64,000 nucleotides of DNA from Trueperaceae bacterium (GCA_040905465.1 JBBDRK010000049.1:96001-160000), one strand, 5' to 3'; positions 48,699-58,511 are shown, numbered from the stretch's first letter. A program made the numbers and translations. Notes: generated from the letters alone by a model not told the origin.

Positions 48699-49877
48699 CT
48701 ACTCCTTGACGAAGAGTCTCCTCGGCACGTTGCTCAGGCACTCCGACCCGTTCTCCGCGATGAGGATGCTCTCGGTGATCTCCATCCCCCAGTCGTCGAA
48801 CCACAGGCCCGGCATCAGGTGGAAGGTCATCCCCGGCTGCAATACGGTCTTGTCACCTGGCCGGAAGCTCATGGTCCGCTCCCCCCAGTCCGGTGGATAG
48901 CTCAGGCCGATCGGATAGCCGGCTCGACTCTCGCGCTCGATGCCGTAGCAGGCTATCGTCCGGGCGAAGGCCGCTTCCACCTCCTCGCAGGTATTTCCCG
49001 GCCGTGCCGCCTCCAGCGCCGCCTCGATACCTTCGAGCAGCGCGCCTTCGGCATGCGTGAACCTCTCGTCCGGCTTGCCGAGGAAGATCGTGCGCGACAG
49101 CGGGCAGTGGTAGCGTTTGTAACAGCCCGCGACCTCGAAATAGGTGCCGTAGCCCCGCTCCATCGGAGCATCGTCCCACGTCAGGTGGGGCGCGCATGCC
49201 TGAACGCCGGTAGGCAGGAGCGGCACTATCGAGGGGTAGTCGCCGCCGAATTCGTCGGTGCCCCGCACGGTAGTGGCGTAGATCTCGGCGACCAGGTCGT
49301 TCTTGCGCATTCCCGGCTCGATCACCTCGAGGATTCGCTGGTGCACCCGCTCCACGATACGCGCTGCCTTGCGCATGTATTCGATCTCCTGCTCCGACTT
49401 GATCGCTCGCTGCCAGTTCACCAGGCAGGTCGCATCCAGCAGGCGGCCATTCGGCAGGTTGCACTCGAGCGCGCGGAAGGCGGCGGCGCTGAAGTAGTAG
49501 TTGTCCATCTCCACGCCGATCGCCAGTTGGTCCCAGCCCCAATCGCGAATGATCAGCGCGAGGTACTCCATCGGGTGGCACTCGGAGGACTGTACGAAGC
49601 GGTCGGGGTAGCCCATCACCCGGTCATCGTTCATGTAGACCGTGTGCTTGGCACCGGTGACGTCGTGCATGCGGCCGTACCAGAGTGGCTCGCCCTGGTC
49701 CGGGACGAGGACACACTGGTGGACGTAGAAGGACCAGCCGTCGTAGCCGGTCAACCAGGCCATGTTCGAAGGGTCGCTGACGATGAGCAGGTTGATCCCT
49801 CGCTCGCTCATCGCGCGTTGCGTCTTGCTGAGACGCTGAGCATATTCCTGCCGGCTGAAGTTGAGCTTGTCGTTCAT
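48699..49877 (-). CDS. eutD: Ectoine hydrolase (M24 family, EutD/DoeA)
   Basis: F...EY..RL, DPSNM.WLTGYDGWSFYVHQ, HPM, EMDNYYF, LVNWQRAIKS, GGDYP, APHLTW and YPPDWGERTMS.RPGD. Confidence 0.92.
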   Translation of the reverse strand: MNDKLNFSRQEYAQRLSKTQRAMSERGINLLIVSDPSNMAWLTGYDGWSFYVHQCVLVPDQGEPLWYGRMHDVTGAKHTVYMNDDRVMGYPDRFVQSSECHPMEYLALIIRDWGWDQLAIGVEMDNYYFSAAAFRALECNLPNGRLLDATCLVNWQRAIKSEQEIEYMRKAARIVERVHQRILEVIEPGMRKNDLVAEIYATTVRGTDEFGGDYPSIVPLLPTGVQACAPHLTWDDAPMERGYGTYFEVAGCYKRYHCPLSRTIFLGKPDERFTHAEGALLEGIEAALEAARPGNTCEEVEAAFARTIACYGIERESRAGYPIGLSYPPDWGERTMSFRPGDKTVLQPGMTFHLMPGLWFDDWGMEITESILIAENGSECLSNVPRRLFVKE

Positions 49878-49917
49878 GCCCGTTCCTTCGGAGGCCGCAC
49901 GCGGCCATGTGATGTGA

Positions 49918-50928
49918 TCACGCATCGAACGTGACCCCTTTGCTGCCAGCACCGACTGGGGTGCTACCAACCGCCCTGGCGTAGGCCAGAGCGGCAATGG
50001 CCGTGTCTTGGGCACCGGTGCCGGTAAGGTCGCACACGGTGATCTGCCGCGCGCCGGTTCGGCCCGCCACTTTGCCGGCGATGACCTCGCCGAGCTCGGG
50101 AAAACTGCTGTCCTCCGGAACCACTCCGGCCAGAACGGCATGGTGCAGCTCGCCCAGCTTGCGGCTTTGGCTCAGCCGGTCGCAAACGAACCGGTCCGCC
50201 CGCACGAGCACGCTCGGGTCGAGCTCGTTCTTGTGCTCGGAGTCCGAGCCCATGGCTGTGACGTGCACGCCGGGCTGCAGCCACTCGCCGCGCACCAGCG
50301 GTTCCCGGCTGGGCGTGGTGGTGACGACGATGTCGCTCTCCCGTACCGCACGTTCGGGCGAACCGACCGGTACCACGCCGATGCCCAGCCTCTCGCTCAT
50401 CTCTTCGGCGTACTGCCGTGCCTTGTCCTCACGCCGCGCCCACACCAGAGCCCGTTCTATCGGCCGCACCAGAGTCAGGGCCTCCAGTTGCAGCCGAGCC
50501 TGAGCGCCGGCGCCGATGATTCCGGCCGTACCGCTCTCCGGACGTGACAGCGAGCGCGCGGCAACTGCGCCGGCCGCGGCGGTTCGCACATCGGTGAGAT
50601 AGCCGTTGTCGAGAAGGAGGGCCAGCACCTGACCGGTCGTGCTGCTCAGCAAAATCATCAGCCCGCCCAGGCTGGGTAGCCCCAGCTTCGGATTGTCGAA
50701 GAAGCCCGGACTCACCTTTATGGCGAAGCTGTCCAGCCCCGGCAGGTAGGCGCTCTTCACGTCGACCTCGCCGTTGTGCTCGCGGATGTCGAGCCTCATT
50801 ACCGGCGGCATCACCACGTCGCTGGTCGCCAGCAACCGAAAGCACTCCTCTACGGCATCAACGGCCCTCCTGTCGAGCGGCACCAGCGACCTGAGTTCCG
50901 ATTCGTTCAGAAGCCGCACGCTCGCCAT
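49918..50928 (-). CDS. eutC: Ectoine utilization protein EutC (ornithine cyclodeaminase/mu-crystallin family)
   Basis: GEVDVK.AY.PG, SPGFFDNP.LGLPS, LLDNGYLTDVRTA, AMGSD..HKNE and DLTGTG.QDTAIA. Confidence 0.9.
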   Translation of the reverse strand: MASVRLLNESELRSLVPLDRRAVDAVEECFRLLATSDVVMPPVMRLDIREHNGEVDVKSAYLPGLDSFAIKVSPGFFDNPKLGLPSLGGLMILLSSTTGQVLALLLDNGYLTDVRTAAAGAVAARSLSRPESGTAGIIGAGAQARLQLEALTLVRPIERALVWARREDKARQYAEEMSERLGIGVVPVGSPERAVRESDIVVTTTPSREPLVRGEWLQPGVHVTAMGSDSEHKNELDPSVLVRADRFVCDRLSQSRKLGELHHAVLAGVVPEDSSFPELGEVIAGKVAGRTGARQITVCDLTGTGAQDTAIAALAYARAVGSTPVGAGSKGVTFDA

Positions 50929-50929
50929 G

Positions 50930-52087
50930 TCAATCGCCTCCCCGGTCAGGCCGCGACCCTTTGGTTGGCGCCGTCCTCGTTACTCCGGCGCGTCCCTGCT
51001 GCTCCGCCGCACTGCCGTCGTATGCCGCTGTCAGCCGGGCGTGCAGTTCGCCGTCTATGTTCCCGCCGCTGAGCAGGACTACCGTCGTCTCGAAACGCCC
51101 ATGGTCCCGGTGGCGGCTGTCGGACACGTTGGTCGAATAGACTCCAGGCGCAGCTTTGCGACCAGCGGCCTCGGCAAGCAGTCCCGCGATTCCCACCGCC
51201 CCGGCGCCCTCGACGACCTGCCCCTCCATCCAGTGGGCATGCCCGATGGCGGCCGCCAGCGACTCTTCGCCCACCAGCAGGTGCTCATCCACCAGTGAGC
51301 GCACCATCTCGAAGGTGAAGCGGTTATCGCGGCCGATACCCCCGCCGAGCGAGTCCGCCAGGCTCTCCGGCTCCTCCACCTCGACCGGCTTGCCGGCCTC
51401 CAGGCTTCGGTACATCGCGCAGCCCCGTTCCATGCTCACTGCGGTGATGGTGACCCGAGGATCGAGCGACTTGAGCGCCAAGGCGACTCCGGCGATCAGC
51501 CCACCACCGGAGAGCGGCACGATCATGCGCAGCAGACCGCCGTTCCGGTCGGCGCCCGCGAGTTCCGCCAACTGCTCGTTTACTTCGGTTCCGATTGTCC
51601 CCTGTCCCGCTATGACCTCGGCGTGGTCGAAGGGAGGTATCAGCGCCATTCCCTGCTCGCTCACCAGCCGCGCCGCTTCTCGCTGGGCTTCGTCCTGGCT
51701 GGCGCCGACTACCCGCACTTCGGCTCCCTGCTCCTCGACAGCAGAGACCTTGTTGCGAGGCACCAACCGAGACAGGCATACGACCGCACGGGCTCCTGCC
51801 TGACTGCAGGCAAAGGCGACGGCCCGACCGTGGTTACCGGTCGACACCGTGACCACGCCCCGGGAGCGTTGCTCGTCGCTGAGTGCCAGGACGGCGTTCA
51901 GCGCACCGCGCAGCTTGAAGCTGCCGGTACGTTGCAGGTTCTCGAGTTTCAGGTAGACGTCGGCACCCGTCAGCCGGCTCAGCTCGGCGGAGCGTACCAA
52001 CGGCGTTCGCACGACGTGAGCAGCCAGCCGCGCCCTCGCACGGTCCACGTCCTGCAACGACAACCCGCCGGGCAACGGGCCCCTCAT
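50930..52087 (-). CDS. eutB: Hydroxyectoine utilization dehydratase EutB (PLP, threonine dehydratase family)
   Basis: LKLE..Q.TGSFKLRG, STGNHGRA, SQDEAQ, IPPFDH, PLSGGGL, SLADSLGGGIG and LSG.NID. Confidence 0.9.
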   Translation of the reverse strand: MRGPLPGGLSLQDVDRARARLAAHVVRTPLVRSAELSRLTGADVYLKLENLQRTGSFKLRGALNAVLALSDEQRSRGVVTVSTGNHGRAVAFACSQAGARAVVCLSRLVPRNKVSAVEEQGAEVRVVGASQDEAQREAARLVSEQGMALIPPFDHAEVIAGQGTIGTEVNEQLAELAGADRNGGLLRMIVPLSGGGLIAGVALALKSLDPRVTITAVSMERGCAMYRSLEAGKPVEVEEPESLADSLGGGIGRDNRFTFEMVRSLVDEHLLVGEESLAAAIGHAHWMEGQVVEGAGAVGIAGLLAEAAGRKAAPGVYSTNVSDSRHRDHGRFETTVVLLSGGNIDGELHARLTAAYDGSAAEQQGRAGVTRTAPTKGSRPDRGGD

Positions 52088-52090
52088 CGC

Positions 52091-53602
52091 TCAGCCGGCT
52101 CCGGGTCCACGTTCGTCTGATCCTCGCTGCGGTTCTCTGCGCGGGTCCAGATGCTCGGAGCGGTCGGAGGAGCTGTCGACCCGTACGCCCTTCAAGCGGA
52201 AGCTCAGCAGCTTCGGCTCGCTCATCTCCTCCATCGCGAACCTCACTCCCTCACGGCCGAGGCCCGATCCCTTGGGCCCGCCGAACGGCATAGCGTCGAT
52301 GCGGTAATCGCTGCTGTCGTTGACTATCACCCCACCGTAGTCGAGCTCGTCGCTCACCTGGAAAGCGGTGTCGAGGTCCTGCGTGAAGATCGCTGCCTGG
52401 AGGCCGAACTCGACCGCGTTGGCCTGCTCGATCGCCTCGTTCAGCACGGCGAAAGGCTGCACCAGACTCACCGGACCGTAGACCTCTTCCCGGTAGAGCC
52501 GCGCCGTCGGAGAGACTCGGTCCAGCAACGTCGGCTGGAAGAAGCTCCCTTCCCGCCGTCCGCCCGTGAGGCAGCGGGCTCCCTGGGACAACGCATCCTC
52601 GACCATCTCCTCGACCCTGGCCGCCGCAGCTTCATCGATCATCGGACCCATGTCGGTTGTCTCGTCCAGCTTGTCGCCCATTCGCAGGTGCTCGGCTCCG
52701 GCCACCAGCTTCGGAATTAGCCGGTCGAACACACTTTCGTGAACCAGAATCCGCTGTGCATGCAGGCAGTTCTGACCGGCCGCCCAGAAGGCCCCGCTCA
52801 CTATCGACTCGGCGGCCTCCGCTAGATCGGCGTCGCCCAACACGATCACTGGAGCGTTGTTCCCCAGCTCCATGGCGTACTTCTTGAAGCCGCCATCGCG
52901 CATGATCCGCTCGCCGGTCTCTCGTCCCCCGGTGAAGGAGATCAGGCGAACCCGTGGGTCCCGCACCAGCTCCACGCCCACGCTGCTGCCCGGTCCGGTC
53001 ACCACCTGCAAGACGCCGGTCGGAACTCCAGCCTCATGGAGCGCCGCCGCCAGCTTCAGGGCGGATAGCGGCGTGCGGCTGTCGGGCTTGACGATCACCG
53101 CATTACCGGCTGCCAGCGCCGGTCCCACCTTGTGGGCGACAAGGTTGAGCGGATCGTTGAAAGGAGTGATGGCGCCAACGATCCCGATAGGCTCGCGCGT
53201 CCAGAACCCCTTGCGCCGCTCGCTGCCCGGAACCTGATCGAAACGGATGGTCTCGCCGTCGAGCCGCCTGGCCTCCTCCGCGCTGATCCGGAGCGTCTCC
53301 ACGCAACGCGCCACCTCGGCTCGCGCCTCACGAATTGTCTTTATGCCCTCCAGCGCGATGGTTCGGGCGAACGCCTCGCTCTCCCTTGCGATGGTGGCGG
53401 CAGCCTCGCTGAGGACACGCATTCGTTCATGGGTCGGCGCCTTGCGCCAGTGACGCCCACCTTCCACCGCACAGTCGATCGCGTGCCGCATCTGGCCGGC
53501 GTTGGCCATGGGGACTGTGTCGACCAAGGTGCCGTCCTGTGGATTTCGCACCTCGATGACCTTCACCGCTTGCTCCCAACGACCGGCGATCAGCATGTTC
53601 AC
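52091..53602 (-). CDS. Aldehyde dehydrogenase (lactaldehyde-DH/GAPN-like subfamily)
   Basis: ITPFNDPLNLVAHK, SFTGG, MELG, AGQNC (catalytic Cys), EE.YGP and MPFGG.K.SGLGREG. Confidence 0.92.
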   Translation of the reverse strand: MNMLIAGRWEQAVKVIEVRNPQDGTLVDTVPMANAGQMRHAIDCAVEGGRHWRKAPTHERMRVLSEAAATIARESEAFARTIALEGIKTIREARAEVARCVETLRISAEEARRLDGETIRFDQVPGSERRKGFWTREPIGIVGAITPFNDPLNLVAHKVGPALAAGNAVIVKPDSRTPLSALKLAAALHEAGVPTGVLQVVTGPGSSVGVELVRDPRVRLISFTGGRETGERIMRDGGFKKYAMELGNNAPVIVLGDADLAEAAESIVSGAFWAAGQNCLHAQRILVHESVFDRLIPKLVAGAEHLRMGDKLDETTDMGPMIDEAAAARVEEMVEDALSQGARCLTGGRREGSFFQPTLLDRVSPTARLYREEVYGPVSLVQPFAVLNEAIEQANAVEFGLQAAIFTQDLDTAFQVSDELDYGGVIVNDSSDYRIDAMPFGGPKGSGLGREGVRFAMEEMSEPKLLSFRLKGVRVDSSSDRSEHLDPRREPQRGSDERGPGAG

Positions 53603-54696
53603 GACACCCGCACGCCCTTCAGCCCACCTCTCGAGCCTGGACTGGCCGCAAAGTTGCCGGAGGCCCGCCGGTGGATCTTAAGCAGATCGGCGATCATCGC
53701 GTAGCCTGTTTCCAGCCTGCCGGCGCCGGGGCCGACCAGAGTCACGTCGCCCAGGTAGTCGGTCGTGAAGGTGACAGCGTTGGTAGCGCCGCTGATGCCA
53801 GCCAACGGATGATCCTTGGCCACCCGTTGCGGCGCCACCCGAGCAACGAAGCTCCCGGCGGCCCGCTCGCCGGCAGCCCGTTCTACCGTGCCGATCAGCT
53901 TCCAGACCTGCCCGTCCGCTTCCGCCTGCGCCAGATCTTCGGCTGTGAGTTCGCTGATTCCCCGACGCTCGACGTCGCCGATTCCGATCGGCAGGTCCAT
54001 TACCAGATTGGCCAGGATAGCCACCTTGCCGGCGGCGTCGATTCCCTCTACGTCCCCGGTCGGGTCGGCCTCTGCGTACCCCTTCTCCTGCGCCTCGCTG
54101 AGCGCGGCGGCGTACTCGAGTCCCTCGCCCATTCGAGTGAGGACGTAGTTGGTCGTGCCGTTGAGGATCCCTTCGATCTTTCGGACGCCCGCGCCCTTGA
54201 GCATCTCGGTGCCGAGAGCCAAGGTGGGCGTTCCGCTCATCACGGTAGCTTCAACGCCGATGGTCCGCCCCTTGTTGCGGGCCAGCTCGAGCAGTTCGGG
54301 AAAGCGTAGCGCCACCGGTCCCTTGTTCGACATGACGACGTGCTTGCCGCTGGCCAGGGCTCCCTGGGCATGGGTGTAACCCGGCTCACCTGTCTCCAGA
54401 TTGGTGTAGGCCATCTCGAGGACGGCGTCGGCGTCGCACTCCATGATCGTCCTGATCGCGTCCCAGCCTTTGTGCGGAGCGTCGATGCGCTCCAGGTCGT
54501 CGGCGTTCTGCAGCAGTGTCTGGGCGTCCAGCCCTGACGGCCGGTACACGCTGCCACGCTTGATGTCGCTCACCGCCACGATCTCGAAGTCCGCGCCGAA
54601 CTCGTTCCAGTAGCTGTCGCGCCGCTCGGCCAGGATCTCCGCTACGCCCTGGCCCACCGTGCCGAAGCCGATAAGGGCGAGCCGGTAAGTGGTCAC
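53599..54696 (-). CDS. hom: Homoserine dehydrogenase (short form, no ACT domain)
   Basis: IGFGTVG, HVV.SNKGP, EATVMSG.P, GILNGTTNY, GYAEADP..DVEG.DAA.K and GPGAG..ET. GTG start overlaps the upstream stop. Confidence 0.9.
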   Translation of the reverse strand: MTTYRLALIGFGTVGQGVAEILAERRDSYWNEFGADFEIVAVSDIKRGSVYRPSGLDAQTLLQNADDLERIDAPHKGWDAIRTIMECDADAVLEMAYTNLETGEPGYTHAQGALASGKHVVMSNKGPVALRFPELLELARNKGRTIGVEATVMSGTPTLALGTEMLKGAGVRKIEGILNGTTNYVLTRMGEGLEYAAALSEAQEKGYAEADPTGDVEGIDAAGKVAILANLVMDLPIGIGDVERRGISELTAEDLAQAEADGQVWKLIGTVERAAGERAAGSFVARVAPQRVAKDHPLAGISGATNAVTFTTDYLGDVTLVGPGAGRLETGYAMIADLLKIHRRASGNFAASPGSRGGLKGVRVS

Positions 54697-55967
54697 TGGA
54701 GTGCACCTTCCCTCTTGTCGACCGTGTTGCCGAAGCGCTCCATGGTCGCGGCCAGCGCCTGGTCGAGGTCGGCGATGAGATCGTCGGCGTGCTCTATTCC
54801 AGCCGAGTAGCGCACCAGGGTCTCGGGAATGCCGGCGGCGGCACGCTCCTCGGCGGTGAGCTCGACGTGGGAGCCGGTCGCGGGCGGCGCCACTATCGTT
54901 TCCACCGCGCCCAGGTTGGCGGCACGGTGCACGCGCTGCAGCTTCGGCAGAAAGGTCCGGATAGCGTCGAAATCGTCGGTCGCCAACTGGAACGAGAGCA
55001 TGCCGCCGTAACCGCGCATCTGCTTGCGGGCGATGTCGTGGTTGTGGTGGGTTTCCAGGCCCGGATAGAAGACCTCGCCGATGAACGGGTGTGCCGCCAG
55101 CCAGCGAGACACCTTCATGGCGTTGGCGTTCTGGCGTTCGACCCGCAAGTCGAGGGTTTTCATTCCCCTGAGGAGCAGGTAGGCCGCCTCCGGGTGAAGG
55201 GTGGCGCCGTTGATCTCCCGGAAGTGATAGATGTCGTGGATCACGCCGGCCGGCCCGCACACGACACCGCCGAGCGCATCGGCATGGCCTCCCAGGAACT
55301 TGGTGGCCGAGTGCAGCACCAGGTCGGCGCCGAGCTGCAGCGGGTTCTGGTTGATGGGCGTGGCGAACGTGTTGTCCACCACCACCAGCGCTCCCACCTC
55401 GTGGGCCCTGGCCGCCAACCGTTCGATGTCGAGGACCTTGCAGGTGGGGTTGGTGGGCGTCTCCAGGTAAAGGATCTTGCAGCCCTTGGCGACCTCGGCT
55501 TCGATGGCCGCGAAGTCGGAAGTGTTGCACAGGGTAACGTCGAATCCGAACTTGGGGAAGAACTCGGTAAAGATCTTATGGGTGCCGCCGTAGGTGTCCT
55601 TCACGCTCACGCACCGGTCACCCGGGTCCATCAGGGTGAATAGCGTGTTGCTGATGGCAGCCATGCCGGTGGAGAAGCTGGTGGCCGCCTCGGCCCCCGC
55701 CGATTCTCCACCTTCCAACAGTCGCACCTTCTCCTCGAATACCTCTACCGTCGGATTGGTGTTGCGCCCGTAGATGTGACCCTTGCGCTCTCCCAGGGCG
55801 ACCTCTCGCCAGGTGTCGACATCCTGGTAGCCGAAACTGACGCTGTGCACGACCGGCACCTGGGTCACGCTTTCCATCAGGTACTGTTCTTCCCCGCCCC
55901 ATACGGCAACGGTTGCCTTGCTCAGGTGCGACGGCGACTTTTCCACTGGCTTGTTGTCATCAGGCAT
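54693..55967 (-). CDS. Cystathionine gamma-synthase/lyase family PLP enzyme (MetB-like)
   Basis: Y.R..NPT, STGMAAI, YGGT, ETPTNPT, VDNTFATP, HSATKFLGGH, LRGMKTL and ANLG..ET. Confidence 0.92.
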   Translation of the reverse strand: MPDDNKPVEKSPSHLSKATVAVWGGEEQYLMESVTQVPVVHSVSFGYQDVDTWREVALGERKGHIYGRNTNPTVEVFEEKVRLLEGGESAGAEAATSFSTGMAAISNTLFTLMDPGDRCVSVKDTYGGTHKIFTEFFPKFGFDVTLCNTSDFAAIEAEVAKGCKILYLETPTNPTCKVLDIERLAARAHEVGALVVVDNTFATPINQNPLQLGADLVLHSATKFLGGHADALGGVVCGPAGVIHDIYHFREINGATLHPEAAYLLLRGMKTLDLRVERQNANAMKVSRWLAAHPFIGEVFYPGLETHHNHDIARKQMRGYGGMLSFQLATDDFDAIRTFLPKLQRVHRAANLGAVETIVAPPATGSHVELTAEERAAAGIPETLVRYSAGIEHADDLIADLDQALAATMERFGNTVDKREGALQ

Positions 55968-56694
55968 CGAATTCGAACTCCTTCGTTGTGTCCACGTCGA
56001 ATATGGCGCTGCTCAGGTAGTGGTTGAAGCGCTGGAGATTCCAGGCCATGTGATAGCGGCGGATCCGGGCTACCTCCTGCATGTCCTTGGCGTCCATCGC
56101 CGCTGCGATCTCGCGCATCTCCTGCACCGCGATCCCGACTTCCTGCTCCCACTCCATGTCGGGGAGAACCTGCAAGTACATGCGCGAGGTCTGATAGAAC
56201 AGTCGGTCCATGATCTCGAGGAACGGGCGGTTGCCGATGGCGAGCCCGAACTCCTGGGCGAAGTACATATAGATACGGGCGAGCTCCCGATAGTCTCGGG
56301 TCGGCAGCAACGCCTCGACTGCGTCGGCGAGCTCGGACATTCGCTGAAGGTTTTCTTCGGTAACCCTGCCGGCGGAAAAGTCGGCCACCAGCTCCGTCAG
56401 CTTGAAGCGCAGTGCGTAGACCTGCTGCAGGTACACCAGATCGATGCTGGTCACTATCGTGCCCACGCCGGCGATGCTCTCCACCAGTCCGTCGTATTCC
56501 AGGCCGTAGAAGACCCGCTTGATAACGGTGCGACTGGTATCGAAGCGCTTGGCCATGGCGTTCTCGCTCAGGGCGCTGCCCGGTGCGTGGTCGAGGAGAC
56601 AGATCTCTTCTCGCAGGACACGAGCGATCGCCTCCGTTCCTTCCGCGGCGTCGGCATCGAGGGTTGGGATAGCTGCTTCTGTCATCGTTTCCAC
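55960..56694 (-). CDS. GntR family transcriptional regulator (FCD)
   Basis: LREEI...PGS.LSE..A.RF..SRT.I, GVGT.VT and GN..L. Confidence 0.88.
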   Translation of the reverse strand: METMTEAAIPTLDADAAEGTEAIARVLREEICLLDHAPGSALSENAMAKRFDTSRTVIKRVFYGLEYDGLVESIAGVGTIVTSIDLVYLQQVYALRFKLTELVADFSAGRVTEENLQRMSELADAVEALLPTRDYRELARIYMYFAQEFGLAIGNRPFLEIMDRLFYQTSRMYLQVLPDMEWEQEVGIAVQEMREIAAAMDAKDMQEVARIRRYHMAWNLQRFNHYLSSAIFDVDTTKEFEFDA

Positions 56695-56763
56695 TCTTCC
56701 GGGACGGTGGATCGAGGGCCCGCCTGGCGAATTTCCGAGGGCCGATTGAAGGCTTGCTTACAA

Positions 56764-56775
56764 GTTGAGTACAAC
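56764..56775. promoter_or_regulatory. Putative GntR operator GTTG-AGTA-CAAC
   Basis: Inverted repeat about 70 bp upstream of the GntR gene that heads the ectoine operon. Confidence 0.5.
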
Positions 56776-56947
56776 CTGTGAACATGCTAGGTGCCCGGCG
56801 GGATGATGTCAATAGGCGCGCGTGTAAGAAGCCAGCTTTGCGCGAAAATGGACGTTTGCCGTCCGCCGTCCCCTTGCTATGGCGGTGTAGTCGGCGACCT
56901 TGCCTCTATGGTAGAATTGCCATGGGGCTCAGGAGCGATGCTGACAC

Positions 56948-57309
56948 ATGCGACAGCAGAAGCCCGTCAGATGGGTAGGTTCGTCACTCAAGGACCTGCA
57001 GGCGATGCCCGAGGAAGTCAAGGACGAAATCGGCTTCGTTCTCGGTCGCGTTCAAGAGGGAAAGGGTCATCAGAGCATCAGGCCGCTCTGTCCGGATTTC
57101 AGGGCGTGTCGGAGATCAAGTCCGACCTTAGTTCGGACACCTTTCGCCTCGTATACGTCGCCGATCTGCCTGACGCAATCTATGTTCTACATGCTTTCAA
57201 GAAGAAGTCCAAGAAGGGAATTAGTATCCCGAAGCACGAGATTGACGTCATCCGAGCCCGGGTGATGAGAGCGCAGGAGGCATCCGATGAAGAAGGAAAA
57301 CAACGATAG
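56948..57309 (+). pseudogene. Frameshifted RelE/ParE (Gp49/HigB-like) toxin
   Basis: N-half MRQQKPVRWVGSSLKDL..PEEVKDEIGFVLGRVQEG..SIRPL is in one frame; C-half SGFQGVSEI...TFRLVY....IYVLHAFKKKS is in another. The shift maps to CTCT at 57086-57089. Confidence 0.85.
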
Positions 57310-57613
57310 CGTCGTTAGCGGCAGCGGGAACGTGTTTGCCGACCTGGGGCTGTCGAACCCAGAAGAACGAAGCGTAAAAGCGAGGCTCGCGAGCAAGATA
57401 TACGACAAGATCGAGGCGAGTGACTGGACGCAAACACAAGCTGCCCACGAGCTCGGTATTAGTCAACCGGACGTTTCTCGCCTGACTCGTGGCATCCTCA
57501 ATGACTTCTCGATAGACCGCTTAATGATGCTTCTGGGGAGACTCAACTACCGTGTAAGCATTCATCTCCAAAGCGAGAACGAGCAATCGGACGAGATCCT
57601 CGTTTCGGCCTAA
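57287..57613 (+). CDS. HigA-like XRE/HTH antitoxin
   Basis: SGNVFADLGL, K..LA..I, TQ..AA..LGISQP.VS.L and FS.DRL. Confidence 0.9.
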   Translation: MKKENNDSVVSGSGNVFADLGLSNPEERSVKARLASKIYDKIEASDWTQTQAAHELGISQPDVSRLTRGILNDFSIDRLMMLLGRLNYRVSIHLQSENEQSDEILVSA

Positions 57614-58157
57614 GAAACGCACGTCCGCGCCGGTTCGCGTCTCTTGTGGCGACGAGGTCGCGGAGGATTATTGTGTTGAACCCTTCGGCCGACGCTCGTC
57701 GTGCTGTCGCATCGACGCAGATCTCCGTTCTTACCCCGCTGACCAAGAGGTTCCTGACACCTCGAGAAAGCAGCTCCCCTGAGAGCATGGTGTGAGCGAA
57801 GGCATCGAAGTGCGGCTTCTCGACGATTACCGAACCTGCCGGAATCTTCATTTCGCAGAGTTCCTCGCCGCCCGTGCCTCTTCTCACCGGTGGATTCACT
57901 CCCATGACCTGGCGGAAGAGTTTCAGGTTCCACGGCATTGTTTGCTCGTCAACGATCGCCTTCGTAAACACTACGAAGACGCCAAGGTCGCTCAATCTCC
58001 GGACGACTTTTTCAATCCTGCTGGGTAGGAGGAGCATGTCGGTTACGGGATGACTCGACTTTGCGCTCTTCCCTTGCGGCGAGCAGAAGTCAACCTGTAG
58101 GTCCACCACGATCAGGGCGGTCTGCGTGGCAAGCAAGTGGAGTTCAGGAGGAAGCAT
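57543..58157 (-). pseudogene. Isochorismatase-family cysteine hydrolase, probably C-terminally truncated
   Basis: TALIVVDLQ.DF, EK..FDAF and G..TEICVD.TAR (D-K-C triad). After LRDLVATRD the frame runs antisense into higA for 71 bp instead of the usual final helix/strand. Confidence 0.6.
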
Positions 58158-58511
58158 CAAGGCCACGTGCCACTGGGAGGTTCCACGCGCACAGACCAAC
58201 AAAGACCAGGACTAGAACGACCTTGGTTACTGCAGAATGGACTGCGTCTGACCACAGAGTCATAAAAACCTTGTCTTCCTTTGCCGAGGGGCATCGGCGC
58301 ATGAAGGTCGAAGTGGAACTGAGCAACCCTGCTCAACTGGCTCACGTCAACAGGAATGCGTTGAAGGAATCTCGACTCGAACGACATCCGGGGCCTCCGA
58401 CAATGTGGGGGTGAAACGTAGAAACAGGGTAGTTTCTTCGCACAGACCACCACGTTTATTCGTTTCGATGCTCAATTCTCGAGACGGTTGAATCGCAATG
58501 GAGGTGAAACA

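Noticed and set aside
54697-55530. 643-aa version of homoserine dehydrogenase
   Set aside because: The extension is an off-frame reading of the MetB-like gene; the Rossmann motif starts right after GTG 54696.
56791-57085. 172-aa ORF as an intact toxin
   Set aside because: Only the part after 57090 is toxin-like; the conserved N-terminus is in the 56948 frame.
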